From Acidobacteriaceae bacterium (GTDB taxonomy: Bacteria; Acidobacteriota; Terriglobia; Terriglobales; Acidobacteriaceae), in contig JAYVCW010000208.1 in the NCBI GenBank assembly GCA_043749775.1, positions 47,121 through 111,120 of the forward strand: a stretch of 64,000 nucleotides of DNA. The letters run 5' to 3'. Made by a program: the position numbers and the translations under genes. The notes under the pieces are model-generated. The model did not search any database. It was not told the origin of the DNA and was given only the letters and a program-made list of their open reading frames with translations. Positions 28,650 through 38,417 of this stretch are shown here, piece after piece. How positions within the stretch are numbered: position 1 is the stretch's first letter; each line of letters begins with the position of its first letter.

Positions 28650-29606
28650 GTGGAACTTGGAGCGATCGTAGTAGTCCCGGAAAGTCCTTGCACTTTTCAA
28701 AGTGTGAGCCGAGAGGCGTCCTGTCCGTTGCCGCTGTGGCCAGTGGCTGGCAAGAATTTGATTCAGGACTGGAGCGATAAGGTTCGCCGCATTGGTGCCA
28801 GCATTGTTGCGGTGACGCCGGGCGGGGATGGCTCAACTGCAAGCCGCAAGTTTCAGGCAGCCTGGAACCTTGCAAAGCAGGGAGTCGAACAGCTCTTGGT
28901 GATTTCCGTAAAGTCTTATGCGGAGATTGATCTGGTTGACTTTGTGAAGTTCCACCGGGACGCCCAAAATCCCGCCTCTGAGGCGTGCGACCACGAAGGC
29001 TCGCTCGGCGTCGAACTTCTGAGCTCTAAGACCCTAAATCCTAGCAACATTTTCTCGGGGTCGAACTCCCCGAACGGCAACAACGCAGTGCGATATAGTT
29101 TTAACGGTTATGCCAAGCGCCTTCATTCGGTAAAACTCTATCGGGATCTTGTTTCTGATGCCCTCCGCGGTCGCTGCGCACTTACCCCTAGCGGGTTGCA
29201 GACAGGCGACCGCGTCTGGATTGGGCAAAATACGCGGATCGCCCCGTCGGTACGCTTCCTCGGCCCATGTTTCGTCGGAGATGGAACTGTTCTTCGGGAT
29301 TTTGTGTCTATCGGGCCGTATGCCACGGTGGAGAACCGTTGTCGCGTTGAGAGCGGGACGACGATTTCCGGCTCCAGCGTCATGCCGAACACTTTCTTGT
29401 CTGCCGGCCTGAATATCCGCCGCTCGATCGTGGACGGTTCCCGCTTGGAACATCTCGACTCTGGAATCATTGTTGATCTTAGCTCTTCCGCACTGGGAGG
29501 ACGCATACCAGCCAAGGCGCAGGTAGTCGAAGACTACCAGGCGAGCCCGCTTTCGTTCCGGGGCGCCGCGGGGTCGGGCGGCGCTGCCCGGCTTGTCGAT
29601 GCGTAG
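28650..29606 (+). CDS. NDP-sugar pyrophosphorylase-like protein with a degenerate N-terminal motif and a C-terminal left-handed beta-helix
   Basis: GTG at 28650 has AAGGAG 8 nt upstream. CPLPLWPVAGKNLIQDW parallels PKPLLPVAGKPLI of sugar nucleotidyltransferases, but the GxGTRL loop is replaced by VPESPCTFQSVS. Hexapeptide repeats occupy the C-terminus. Confidence 0.5.
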   Translation: MELGAIVVVPESPCTFQSVSREASCPLPLWPVAGKNLIQDWSDKVRRIGASIVAVTPGGDGSTASRKFQAAWNLAKQGVEQLLVISVKSYAEIDLVDFVKFHRDAQNPASEACDHEGSLGVELLSSKTLNPSNIFSGSNSPNGNNAVRYSFNGYAKRLHSVKLYRDLVSDALRGRCALTPSGLQTGDRVWIGQNTRIAPSVRFLGPCFVGDGTVLRDFVSIGPYATVENRCRVESGTTISGSSVMPNTFLSAGLNIRRSIVDGSRLEHLDSGIIVDLSSSALGGRIPAKAQVVEDYQASPLSFRGAAGSGGAARLVDA

Positions 29607-29617
29607 AACGGGAAATC

Positions 29618-29998
29618 ATGGAAACCAAAATCCCAGTTAAGCAACTTTCCCAAGGCAGTGCTGCCATCGCGGATAGCTTTCTTCGCGAAGTGCGCGATAC
29701 GGTTCGGGCGATGCTGCGGCCCGCGATGATCTTGGAGTTGCCCGCCGGTGCGAGGCTTGACAGCTTTGCAATTGATTTTTTAATTCGCGCAGCCTCCGAA
29801 GCTGCGACGTACGACGCTGAAATCGCAATCGTAGCCACCTCTCCGGAACACCGTCTTCTTCTCGATGTGACGCGATTCAGCAACGTGTTGCCCGTATTCA
29901 GATCGTTAGAGGAAGCGCTCGCCCATCTCGAAAACCACTTAAAGCCCGTCGTAGCCGCCCGAACGCCCCAGTCCATATCTCCTGTTTCGATCGCATAA
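29618..29998 (+). CDS. STAS-domain protein (anti-sigma-factor-antagonist-like)
   Basis: 126 aa. ILELPAGARLDSFAIDFLIRAA resembles the SpoIIAA/RsbV segment around the phosphorylatable Ser. Confidence 0.55.
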   Translation: METKIPVKQLSQGSAAIADSFLREVRDTVRAMLRPAMILELPAGARLDSFAIDFLIRAASEAATYDAEIAIVATSPEHRLLLDVTRFSNVLPVFRSLEEALAHLENHLKPVVAARTPQSISPVSIA

Positions 29999-30111
29999 AA
30001 GCATCGACAACAAGCTCCTCTTCTACAGGATTCAGTGTAGGTCCTCCGGATACAACGATTCCTTGCCGCGCTCATCCAAGAGGGGGAATTGTTAAAGAAA
30101 AGGGCCCCGCC

Positions 30112-30849
30112 ATGAGATCGTCGAGTCACCCAGAGAGCTTTGCACTAATTGTCCCCACGTTAAACGAAGCCGAAAACATTTCGCTTTTGCTGTCTTCAGC
30201 GCAAGCGGCGCTTGAGTCTACAAACAATCCGTACACCATTATCGTCGTCGATGATGGCAGCGCGGACCGCACGCGAGAGATTGTGCGCGAACACTCGCGC
30301 AATGATTCGCGCATTCAGTTGGTCACTCGCGACGGCGAGAGCGGCCTTGCGGGGGCCATTCTTTGCGGATGGGAACATTCAGACGCGGAACTGCTTGGCG
30401 TAATCGATGCAGACCTGCAACACCCGCCCGATCTGCTTCCATTGATGCTAAGCGAGTTCGGCAATGACGTAGATATCGTGATTGCCAGCCGCTACGCGAA
30501 AGAGAATGGAGTTCGAGGATGGAACCCGGTCCGCGCCACCATATCGCGGCTCAGCACCATCGCCACGCGGCCGTTGTTGCGCGGGCGACCCGGCGTCACC
30601 GATCCGATGTCCGGCTTCTTCATAGTGCGGCGCCAGTGCATTCAGGGGCTTACTTTCCAAAGCAAGGGCTTCAAGCTCCTTTTGGAAATTCTGGTTCGCG
30701 GGCACATTCGCGGCGCCCGGGAAGTTCCCTATAGCTTCGGACTGCGCCATGCCGGCAAGAGTAAAGCCAGCGCTGGCGTTGCCGTGCAGTATCTCTTTTT
30801 GTTGGGCCGCCTGTCGTGGGACACCCGAGTTCGGTCAGGCCAACGATGA
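30112..30849 (+). CDS. GT2 glycosyltransferase, polyprenyl-phosphate sugar synthase type (Dpm1/GtrB/CsbB-like)
   Basis: 245 aa with LIVPTLNEAENI, VVDDGSADRT, IDADLQHPP and SGFF, the canonical order for Dpm1-like GT2 enzymes. Confidence 0.85.
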   Translation: MRSSSHPESFALIVPTLNEAENISLLLSSAQAALESTNNPYTIIVVDDGSADRTREIVREHSRNDSRIQLVTRDGESGLAGAILCGWEHSDAELLGVIDADLQHPPDLLPLMLSEFGNDVDIVIASRYAKENGVRGWNPVRATISRLSTIATRPLLRGRPGVTDPMSGFFIVRRQCIQGLTFQSKGFKLLLEILVRGHIRGAREVPYSFGLRHAGKSKASAGVAVQYLFLLGRLSWDTRVRSGQR

Positions 30850-32105
30850 AGATCGCGCTGGTTACGGCTTTCCCGCCAAGCCGCAAAGCTCTTGCCGAAT
30901 ACGGGTTTCACCTCGCGGAGCAACTGCAACAAAACCCCGGAATCGAGCTCACCGTCCTCGGAGACATCCTGGACGAAGCGGAGCCCGAATTGCCTGGATT
31001 CAAAGTTGTTCGTTGCTGGGGTTTCGATCGCTTATCTAACGTGGCCGCCATCACGCGCTGCGTGCGTTCGGTGAAGCCCGATCTGGTGTGGTTTAATCTC
31101 GGCTTCGCGAGCTTCGGATCCAAGCCTGTAGCAGCGATGTTGAGCCTGGCTACGCCGATGGTGACGAGATTTTCCGGCGTGCGCACCCACATCACCCTTC
31201 ACCAGTTGTTTGAGACCGTGGATTTGGTCGATGCGGGCGTCACCAGTCCCAGGCTGTATCGGACCGCCGGCTGGCTGGCCACGCACATGCTGCTGGGAGC
31301 GAGTTCGGTATCAGTGCTGTTGCCAGCCTACCGGCGCATGCTGCAAGACAATTACAAGCGTGGACGCGTGAGCGCACGCTCCCACGGCATTTTCGCTGCT
31401 CGACCTGATCCGCCGGACTTCAGCAAGCGGGGAAATCCCGGGCATCGCGTTTTGGCGTTTGGCAAATGGGGCACGTACAAGAAGCTGGAAGTATTAATCG
31501 AGGCCTTCGAGCAGGTCAGTGCCGAGATTCCGGAGGCCGAGTTGATTATTGGCGGAGGCGACCATCCTAAAACACCGGGATACGTCGCCGCGACTGCGGC
31601 GCGGTGCGCCAACAAGAAAATTCATTTCCTCGGCTACGTCGCCGAAGATGCGATTCCCGAGCTGTTCAAATCAGCGAGCGTGGCCGTGATGGCATACACA
31701 TCGTCCGCTGGATCGAGCGGAGTAGCTCATTTGGCGGCACAGTACGGAGTTCCAATCATTGCCTCAGACATTGCAGACTTTCGCGAACTGGCCGATCACG
31801 AACATATGGCGATGGAGTTTTTCCCGTCCGGAGATGCCAACGCCCTTGCCGGCAAACTTCGCGACCTTCTGCAGTCGCCAGAGAACCTGACCGCAATGGC
31901 GGAACAGAATTTCGCAGCGGCCATTCATCTGACCATGCCTGAAGTTGTGCGAGAGTACCTTCGTGGCTTCGAAAAAGTACGACGGCTGAATGTTTTGCGG
32001 GACTTGTCAAAGGTCCGACAATCACCGGCGTGGCTGCCGGGCCGTCAAGCACTGGCTAGCAAATTGGGGAATGACGTCCAGTCATGGGACAATTCAGGCG
32101 ACTAG
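30846..32105 (+). CDS. GT4 (GT-B fold) glycosyltransferase
   Basis: The ATG at 30846 overlaps the GT2 stop (ATGA). The N-terminus is MKIALVTAFPP and the C-terminal half has the E-x7-E-like region (SSAGSSGVAHLAAQYGVPIIASD). Confidence 0.8.
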   Translation: MKIALVTAFPPSRKALAEYGFHLAEQLQQNPGIELTVLGDILDEAEPELPGFKVVRCWGFDRLSNVAAITRCVRSVKPDLVWFNLGFASFGSKPVAAMLSLATPMVTRFSGVRTHITLHQLFETVDLVDAGVTSPRLYRTAGWLATHMLLGASSVSVLLPAYRRMLQDNYKRGRVSARSHGIFAARPDPPDFSKRGNPGHRVLAFGKWGTYKKLEVLIEAFEQVSAEIPEAELIIGGGDHPKTPGYVAATAARCANKKIHFLGYVAEDAIPELFKSASVAVMAYTSSAGSSGVAHLAAQYGVPIIASDIADFRELADHEHMAMEFFPSGDANALAGKLRDLLQSPENLTAMAEQNFAAAIHLTMPEVVREYLRGFEKVRRLNVLRDLSKVRQSPAWLPGRQALASKLGNDVQSWDNSGD

Positions 32106-32245
32106 GCGGTGGCTTTAGATAGAACTACAAAGTAACCGCTCCGGGAAGCCTTCCCATTTCAATTCCATCCACCCCGCGCGCGCTTACGCAGCGACTTCTT
32201 CGCCGTTCTTCAGTCTTCCCGGCGAATGTACGAACAGGAATCTAC

Positions 32246-35200
32246 TTAATACAGAGTGAAGCGGAGAGTGGGCACGATCGAGGTACGAGAATGCCCCGGG
32301 AAGTCAAAGAAGCTCTGCTGCCCTAGTCCGAATGAGATGCGGATCGGATACTCGACGGTCGCGGTTTCTGATCCATCCACTCGCTGCATGGTATGGGAAC
32401 GCACGTAGGTGACCAGGAATCCGCTGGTCACGTTGTCGTAGGCGTGAAACGCTCGTCCCGACGACCAGGCGCCTTGCGCGCTGAAGGACCAGCTCCGGTT
32501 AATGATCCCTTCGAAGGTGAATCGGGGGCGTAGCGTTTGCGCAATGGCGAATTGGGAACCCTCGACGCGCCATGCGCGCAAATAGTCCGCTACCCCAGAA
32601 GCGATCCACCGTGATCCGAATCTTCGCTCAATCCCAATGTAGGAAGTGGTGCCGTAATACTCAACGATCGACGGTGCAAATTGGAGATCGCGTGCGCTGT
32701 ATCCGGCCAGCAGCGTGGTCCTTGACCAGGGCTGCCCTACGCGAAAATCAAGGCCTGCGGATAAATCCCGTGAGTGGAGGTTCTGATACTGAAATGGCCC
32801 CGCTTCCCTAATCACGTTGCCGGAAAAAGAGATCCAATTCGCGATCGGGCTGCTCTCAACGTACAGGAACTGGCGAAACAAATTCTGATTCAGACCCACG
32901 GGCGCCCGGGTGTCGCGGCGAATGGTGTACTGCAGGCCAGGCATGACGCTAAACCTGACGCCGGCAAAACTTAGCACACGGCTGATCGAACCGTTGAACA
33001 TAGTATCGAAAGTGTTGCGGTTTTGGACCAGCAGTTGGCTCGGGAACGAGAAGCTGCCTTGCGAGTTTCGTACACCGACAAATCCGTTGATCGCCCGAAA
33101 GGATCCCATGTTGTAGTGAAATTGCGAGTCGGCGAAGGTTTCAATGGAGCGGCGAGGCGGCGGCAGCAAGAGCGGCAGGTTTTGAAGTCCCCGCAACCGC
33201 GCATCCATCTGATAGATATTTTCGTCTTCGAAAATCGGAGCCACGTGAGAGTCCGAACCAAGCCCCAGGCGTTCGGTGATTTGTCGGCCCTCGCTCGCTG
33301 AGAGGTCCATTTCGGCGCTGCGGGTTAGTGGATCCTGCGGATCGAGCGAATTGGCCTGCGCAAACAAGGAAAGGGCCTGGCGGCTTTCGCCCCGCTGCCG
33401 GTTCACGCTGGCTAAAGCTACGAGGTATTCGTAGTTTTCCTTGGCGTCTTCTTTTCCTCGAACCGTATCCAGTTGGATTTCCGCGCTGCGGGTATCGCCG
33501 ACTGCGAGGGCTGTGTTGGCCATTCCAACCGCGACTGACACATCGTCGGCACCCGCAGCCTGGGCTCGACCGTAGAATCGTTGCGCCAGTTCGTATTGAT
33601 GAGCTGCCAGCAGAATTGAGGCGGCGCTCAGGTAATCTTCCGCAGTTGCAGAATCGTCGTTTGCCGCTTGCGCTTCAGCAAATCCGAGGCCTACTTGTTG
33701 CTGGGCCTCGTCGGTTCTTCCCTGCCCCGCGAACAACATGCCGAGGGCAAGCCTGACGTGCAGGCGATCCTCTTCGGGGCCCTCAAGCGCACGGGAGTAG
33801 CGCAGCAGGGCTTGATCGCGCTTCCCCATGGCCTGCAGAGCGTCGGCGGTCACCAGTAAGATCTTGAAGTCCTTGCCTCCCGCCCGCTCCGCCGCTTCAA
33901 TGGCTTTCATGGCTTCATCGGGGCGCTGCAACTTCGCATAAGAGCGCGCCAGTTCGGCATGAATCATCGGATCGTTAACCACTTTCAACGCTCGGTTCAA
34001 CGTGTCCACCGACTGCTGGTAATTGCGCAAACGAAATTGCACTTCCGATAGCGCAAGATACGGCGCGACGTCATTGGGCTCGAACTTTAAGGCCGCCTCG
34101 TATTCATCGCGCGCGTGCGGCCACATAGCCCGCTGACGATATGCCTCGGCCTTGGCTAAGTGCAGGCTGCCGGAATCCGGTAGAGTCTTAGCGGCCAGGG
34201 TAGCTTCCTTCAACGCGGAACTCGACCGCCGCAGCTGCAACAGGGCATAAGCAAGTCCTAAATGGGCTTCGCCGTAGTTGGGATTCAAGGCCAAGGCCTT
34301 GCGGAAGTCCGATTCAGCCTTGCTGGCCTGCCGCAAATCGTTGTAAACGTATCCGCGGTTCATGTATCCGGTGGCCATTTCCGGATCAATCTCAAGGGCG
34401 CGGGTGAAATCCTGCACCGCTTGCCGGTTGTCGTGGTTGTGCACATCGAGATAGCCGGCAATCAGCGGTAGATCGCGGTCTTTTGGCAACGAATCGCGGT
34501 AGCGTTTCACGATCGCATCGGCGTCGTCGAAGCGGTTCAGGTAGAGGAGATCGTAAGCCAGATAGTCAACGCCTTCGCGGTCGCCGGGCAGTTTTTCGAT
34601 CACGCGATAACCGAGCTCGGCGGAAGCTCTGTAGTCCCCTGTCATGGTCAAGTAACGTTCTTGCTCGCGCATCACTTGCGGATTCGTCCGCATGTCCTCA
34701 GAAGCCCGATCCAGCCAGCGCTTGGCGAGTGGCAGTTCGTGGCCTTCAAGGGCAGCATTCATCGCGCCCGAAATAATGAGCGGATGCGAAGGGGCGAGAG
34801 CGAACGCCTTCTCGTAATTCGTCTGCGCTTGGGGAAATTCGCGGTTGGAACTCGATAGGTCGCCCAAAGCGAGGTAGGGCACAAAGTTTCCGGGATCTTT
34901 GCGCGCCAGTCGCAGGAAGTATGCCTTCGCGCCCTTGTCGTCGCCCATCTCACGCAGCAGGAAACCGAGCGAGCCCAAAGCAGCGGGATTGTCGGGCTGG
35001 GCGTCGAGAACTTTCTTGTACGCCTGCAGCGAGGCGTCCCGGCGATCCATCTTCCAAAGCAGATTCGCGTAGTTCAGAAGAATCACGGTGTTGCCCGGCT
35101 GTAGCCGGATGGCCTCGGTCAGGTCTTTATCTGCGCTTGTCAGGTCGAAATCGGCCACTTCGGTAGCCGCGCGAAGACGCAGAAATTCGGGACGGTTCGC

Positions 35201-36448
35201 TCCCTCGATGTTGAGGGCGCTGATTTCTGCGCGGGCTTGTTTGGCCACGCGCGCGGCATTGGCAGTGTCGCCGCTGTTGCGATACAAGTCATACAAGCTC
35301 ACGCGCAAAGAAGTCGGATACAGCACGCCTTCCGGGACGCTTGGCGGCAAGCTTGAGATCGCAGTTTCGTACTCGTGGATTGAATCCGCCTCGCGATGCT
35401 GCGTTGCGTACATTTGCCCGCGGACCGCATGCAGCCGGTAATGATGGCTGTCGATCTTTTCCGCCTGTGCCAGAAGGCCGGTAGCGCGTTCGAAGTCTCC
35501 GGCGCCGACCAGGGCTTGGGCGGCATTGAGCTGAAACTCAATCTGTTTTGGGGCGCGCTGCGCAGCTTTCACGTAAGCGGCAGCTGCGTTGCGACCGTCG
35601 CCGGCGAGCTGGTACGAGTATGCGAGTTCAGCAAGCGAACTGGCGTCGGCGTTGGTCAAGCTTTTGAGAATCTTGATCGCCGCTTCATAGTCGCCGTTGT
35701 CGCGGTAATAAGAGGCTACCGCACGCAGGACTTCAGGATTGTTCGGCGCGGACTGGCGCGCGCGCTCCAGCATTTCTTTTGCCTGATCAGGATGCCCAGA
35801 GCGCTGAAATCCACGGGCGATCAGAAGCTCGGTGCGGGCTGAGCGCTTCACCGCCTCGGCGCGCTGCAGATACGGGATGGCCTGGCTGGGATCGCTCTCA
35901 AGCAACAGTTCGCCTGCCAGCTGCAAGTCGGTCTCACTACGAGGATTGGCTGCCAGAATCTGGTCCAGAATCTTCCGAGCTTCCTCGCTCTTTCCCATCC
36001 TGGCATAGGTCTGGGCCAGCCCTGAGAGTCCGGCGATGGACGAGGGCCTCTCTGAGAGCCCGTGGCGGTAGGCGGAAGCAGCAAGCTCATATTGGCCGGC
36101 AAGACGCGCCGAATAGCCGAGCAGGAACCATAGGTCCGGATTCTGCGGCGCGGATTCGGCCGCATGCTGGGCATAGCCGACGGCTGCGCGGTAATCGCTG
36201 CGGTCGAGCGCCATTTGGGCAGCACGCGCTTGGCGCGCCACCTCTATACCGGAACCCCAACCCAACCCGTTTTCAGGCGCCGTCTGGCTTGAAGGGGGCG
36301 AATCGTCCTTTTTCTTGCCTTTTTGCTTTGTCGCAGGAGCTTTGCCGTCGTCCCCGTGGACATCAAAAGTTTGCGCAGCGACAGTCCCGCAAATACTTAC
36401 CATTGCGAGCAGTAATGCGCCGGCGTGAATGCGTATGTTCCGAGTCAA
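32246..36448 (-). CDS. Giant outer-membrane export candidate: signal peptide, ~1000 aa of TPR repeats, and a C-terminal beta-barrel (BcsC/PelB/PgaA-like architecture)
   Basis: 1400 aa with signal LLLAMVSICGTVAAQ and more than 20 TPR-like repeats. The last ~380 aa show alternating hydrophobic beta-strand patterning and end in RFTLY (aromatic OMP terminus). Confidence 0.75.
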   Translation of the reverse strand: MTRNIRIHAGALLLAMVSICGTVAAQTFDVHGDDGKAPATKQKGKKKDDSPPSSQTAPENGLGWGSGIEVARQARAAQMALDRSDYRAAVGYAQHAAESAPQNPDLWFLLGYSARLAGQYELAASAYRHGLSERPSSIAGLSGLAQTYARMGKSEEARKILDQILAANPRSETDLQLAGELLLESDPSQAIPYLQRAEAVKRSARTELLIARGFQRSGHPDQAKEMLERARQSAPNNPEVLRAVASYYRDNGDYEAAIKILKSLTNADASSLAELAYSYQLAGDGRNAAAAYVKAAQRAPKQIEFQLNAAQALVGAGDFERATGLLAQAEKIDSHHYRLHAVRGQMYATQHREADSIHEYETAISSLPPSVPEGVLYPTSLRVSLYDLYRNSGDTANAARVAKQARAEISALNIEGANRPEFLRLRAATEVADFDLTSADKDLTEAIRLQPGNTVILLNYANLLWKMDRRDASLQAYKKVLDAQPDNPAALGSLGFLLREMGDDKGAKAYFLRLARKDPGNFVPYLALGDLSSSNREFPQAQTNYEKAFALAPSHPLIISGAMNAALEGHELPLAKRWLDRASEDMRTNPQVMREQERYLTMTGDYRASAELGYRVIEKLPGDREGVDYLAYDLLYLNRFDDADAIVKRYRDSLPKDRDLPLIAGYLDVHNHDNRQAVQDFTRALEIDPEMATGYMNRGYVYNDLRQASKAESDFRKALALNPNYGEAHLGLAYALLQLRRSSSALKEATLAAKTLPDSGSLHLAKAEAYRQRAMWPHARDEYEAALKFEPNDVAPYLALSEVQFRLRNYQQSVDTLNRALKVVNDPMIHAELARSYAKLQRPDEAMKAIEAAERAGGKDFKILLVTADALQAMGKRDQALLRYSRALEGPEEDRLHVRLALGMLFAGQGRTDEAQQQVGLGFAEAQAANDDSATAEDYLSAASILLAAHQYELAQRFYGRAQAAGADDVSVAVGMANTALAVGDTRSAEIQLDTVRGKEDAKENYEYLVALASVNRQRGESRQALSLFAQANSLDPQDPLTRSAEMDLSASEGRQITERLGLGSDSHVAPIFEDENIYQMDARLRGLQNLPLLLPPPRRSIETFADSQFHYNMGSFRAINGFVGVRNSQGSFSFPSQLLVQNRNTFDTMFNGSISRVLSFAGVRFSVMPGLQYTIRRDTRAPVGLNQNLFRQFLYVESSPIANWISFSGNVIREAGPFQYQNLHSRDLSAGLDFRVGQPWSRTTLLAGYSARDLQFAPSIVEYYGTTSYIGIERRFGSRWIASGVADYLRAWRVEGSQFAIAQTLRPRFTFEGIINRSWSFSAQGAWSSGRAFHAYDNVTSGFLVTYVRSHTMQRVDGSETATVEYPIRISFGLGQQSFFDFPGHSRTSIVPTLRFTLY

Positions 36449-36647
36449 GTCAGCTCCAACGTAAGCGAACCGCCAAAAGTCAGGTGTGGCTTGGCGTCAA
36501 TCTCAGATGCGGAAAATTCTGTAGGTGGTTGGATGACATTTCGATCCGATTTCCAACACTTTAGCCCCGAAACCGCCCTTCTGCAAGCAACCGTCCTGTA
36601 GATCCTCGAATCGAAGACCTGACTCCTCAGAGTCTGGAGCAACTGCC

Positions 36648-38417
36648 TTGACTTCTGATGCCGGTTTTTTGCGGCGGCCAATTCCGCTCACGATGATCAT
36701 TCTGCTGGCCCTGGCGGTCCACGGCCCTTTGCTGCTGATGCAGCTGCCGGCAACGACTTCGTATGATGCCAACTTCCACATCTTCTTTGGATCACACTAT
36801 GCACACCATTGGTTCAATCCATGGAATGAAAAGTGGTTTGCAGGATTCTCGCAGGCGACTTATCCGCCGCTGACGCACCAGGCGATTGCTTTGCTTTCGT
36901 ATCTAGTTGGGCTTACCGAAGCCTTCATGCTCGTCCAGCTCGCCGCGGTGATTCTGCTGGCGGTCGGGGCCTACCGGTTCGCGCGTTTATGGGTAAACGA
37001 ACGCGCTGCCAGTTACGCCGGAGTTCTTGCGATTTTTACCGGAACGATTTCGTTTCTGGTTTACTCCGCGGGCCAGTTGCCCACCACGACTTCGGCGGCG
37101 CTGTTCTTCCTCACCCTTCCGTACCTCTATATGTGGTCTTTGCGAGGCGGGGCGCGGACGCTGCTCAAAGGCGTTGCGTTAGCGTTGGCCGCAGCCTCGG
37201 CCCACCACGTGACCCTGATCTTTGGCTCCGTGCTGTTTGCGGCTCCGGTTATTGCGCTGGCATGGCATGACGCTCGCGAACAGGGACGCAGAGTTTCCCC
37301 GGTCATCCAACGGGCCGTAATCTTCGCTCTGCTGGCAGCTCTCGGCGTGGGCATTGTGCTTTTGCCTTACTGGGTCGCGATCATTCGTCATCCCATCGAG
37401 CAGATGCCGATCCCCCACGCCAGCCGGTCGAATTTTCTGATGAACTGGGTCTACGGCTTGAATTATTTTGTCGTTCCCTATGGCGCGCTCATTCTGGCAC
37501 TGCCTTTCATTGTGATCAAGGGCGCTTCAACTCCCCGACTGCGAATTCTTCTGATCGCGTTCTGGGCAACGTTCCTGATTGCGCTCGGGGGTACGACTCC
37601 TGTTCCTAAATGGATCTTTGGGCGCGCGTTTGAGATCCTCACTTACGAACGCTTTACCTTGTGGGCGACGATTCTCGCCCTTCCTCTGGTGGGTTTGCTG
37701 GTTGAGCGCATTATTGACCGCTGGCATTCCACTGGAGCGATTGCAGTCAGCTGTGCTGCGCTCGCGACCATGGGCTTTGCCTTCGTCTGGCTGGTGCTCA
37801 GCCCGTTTCACGTCTCCAGCGCGCTGAACGTGGACCCAGTCGTTTCCTTCTTAAACCGCGACCAGCACGACCAGTACCGCTATTTGACTCTGGGCTTCGG
37901 CAACGCGCTGCCCAAGGTGTCCACCTATGCCAATGCAAGCAGCGTGGACGGGGAATACAATTCCGCCCGCCTACTTCCGGAAATGACGCGCTACGGCGCC
38001 GCCCAGTTGACGAATGCGAAATTCTTCGGCTCCGCCGGAATGGACTCGCTCAGCGCCATGCTCCGGCATGCGAATCACTATGGACTGAAGTATGTGTTTG
38101 TCCACGATCCGTTCTACGAGCCGGTGCTGGTTTTTGCTGGCTGGCGGCAAGTGGAAACATTCGATTCCGGTGAGATCACCGTTTGGTCGAAAGACGACGC
38201 TCCTCCGGCGAGACAAATTCCGTCCGATTCGGTGCCGCCGCCTTGGCAGGGTTTGCTGTGGGGGATTCTACCGATCGGCAGTGCGATTCTTGCGATCGTG
38301 CTTCTAGTCTTGTTACCTGAACGGGGCACCCAAATACCGGAAGTGCGCCTGGTGCCGCAAGCCACGCCCGAAGCCGTTTACTCCAGTCAGATTCAGTCCA
38401 GCGGAGTCCGCCCATGA
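36648..38417 (+). CDS. Polytopic membrane protein, GT-C-like (PTPS-related / YfhO / ArnT-like architecture) with a periplasmic C-terminal domain
   Basis: 589 aa with about 11 TM helices followed by a soluble ~150-aa region and a final TM. The N-terminal loop is YDANFHIFFGSHYAHHWFNPWNEKWFAGFS..YPPL. The start is uncertain (TTG at 36648 or ATG at 36693). Confidence 0.55.
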   Translation: MTSDAGFLRRPIPLTMIILLALAVHGPLLLMQLPATTSYDANFHIFFGSHYAHHWFNPWNEKWFAGFSQATYPPLTHQAIALLSYLVGLTEAFMLVQLAAVILLAVGAYRFARLWVNERAASYAGVLAIFTGTISFLVYSAGQLPTTTSAALFFLTLPYLYMWSLRGGARTLLKGVALALAAASAHHVTLIFGSVLFAAPVIALAWHDAREQGRRVSPVIQRAVIFALLAALGVGIVLLPYWVAIIRHPIEQMPIPHASRSNFLMNWVYGLNYFVVPYGALILALPFIVIKGASTPRLRILLIAFWATFLIALGGTTPVPKWIFGRAFEILTYERFTLWATILALPLVGLLVERIIDRWHSTGAIAVSCAALATMGFAFVWLVLSPFHVSSALNVDPVVSFLNRDQHDQYRYLTLGFGNALPKVSTYANASSVDGEYNSARLLPEMTRYGAAQLTNAKFFGSAGMDSLSAMLRHANHYGLKYVFVHDPFYEPVLVFAGWRQVETFDSGEITVWSKDDAPPARQIPSDSVPPPWQGLLWGILPIGSAILAIVLLVLLPERGTQIPEVRLVPQATPEAVYSSQIQSSGVRP

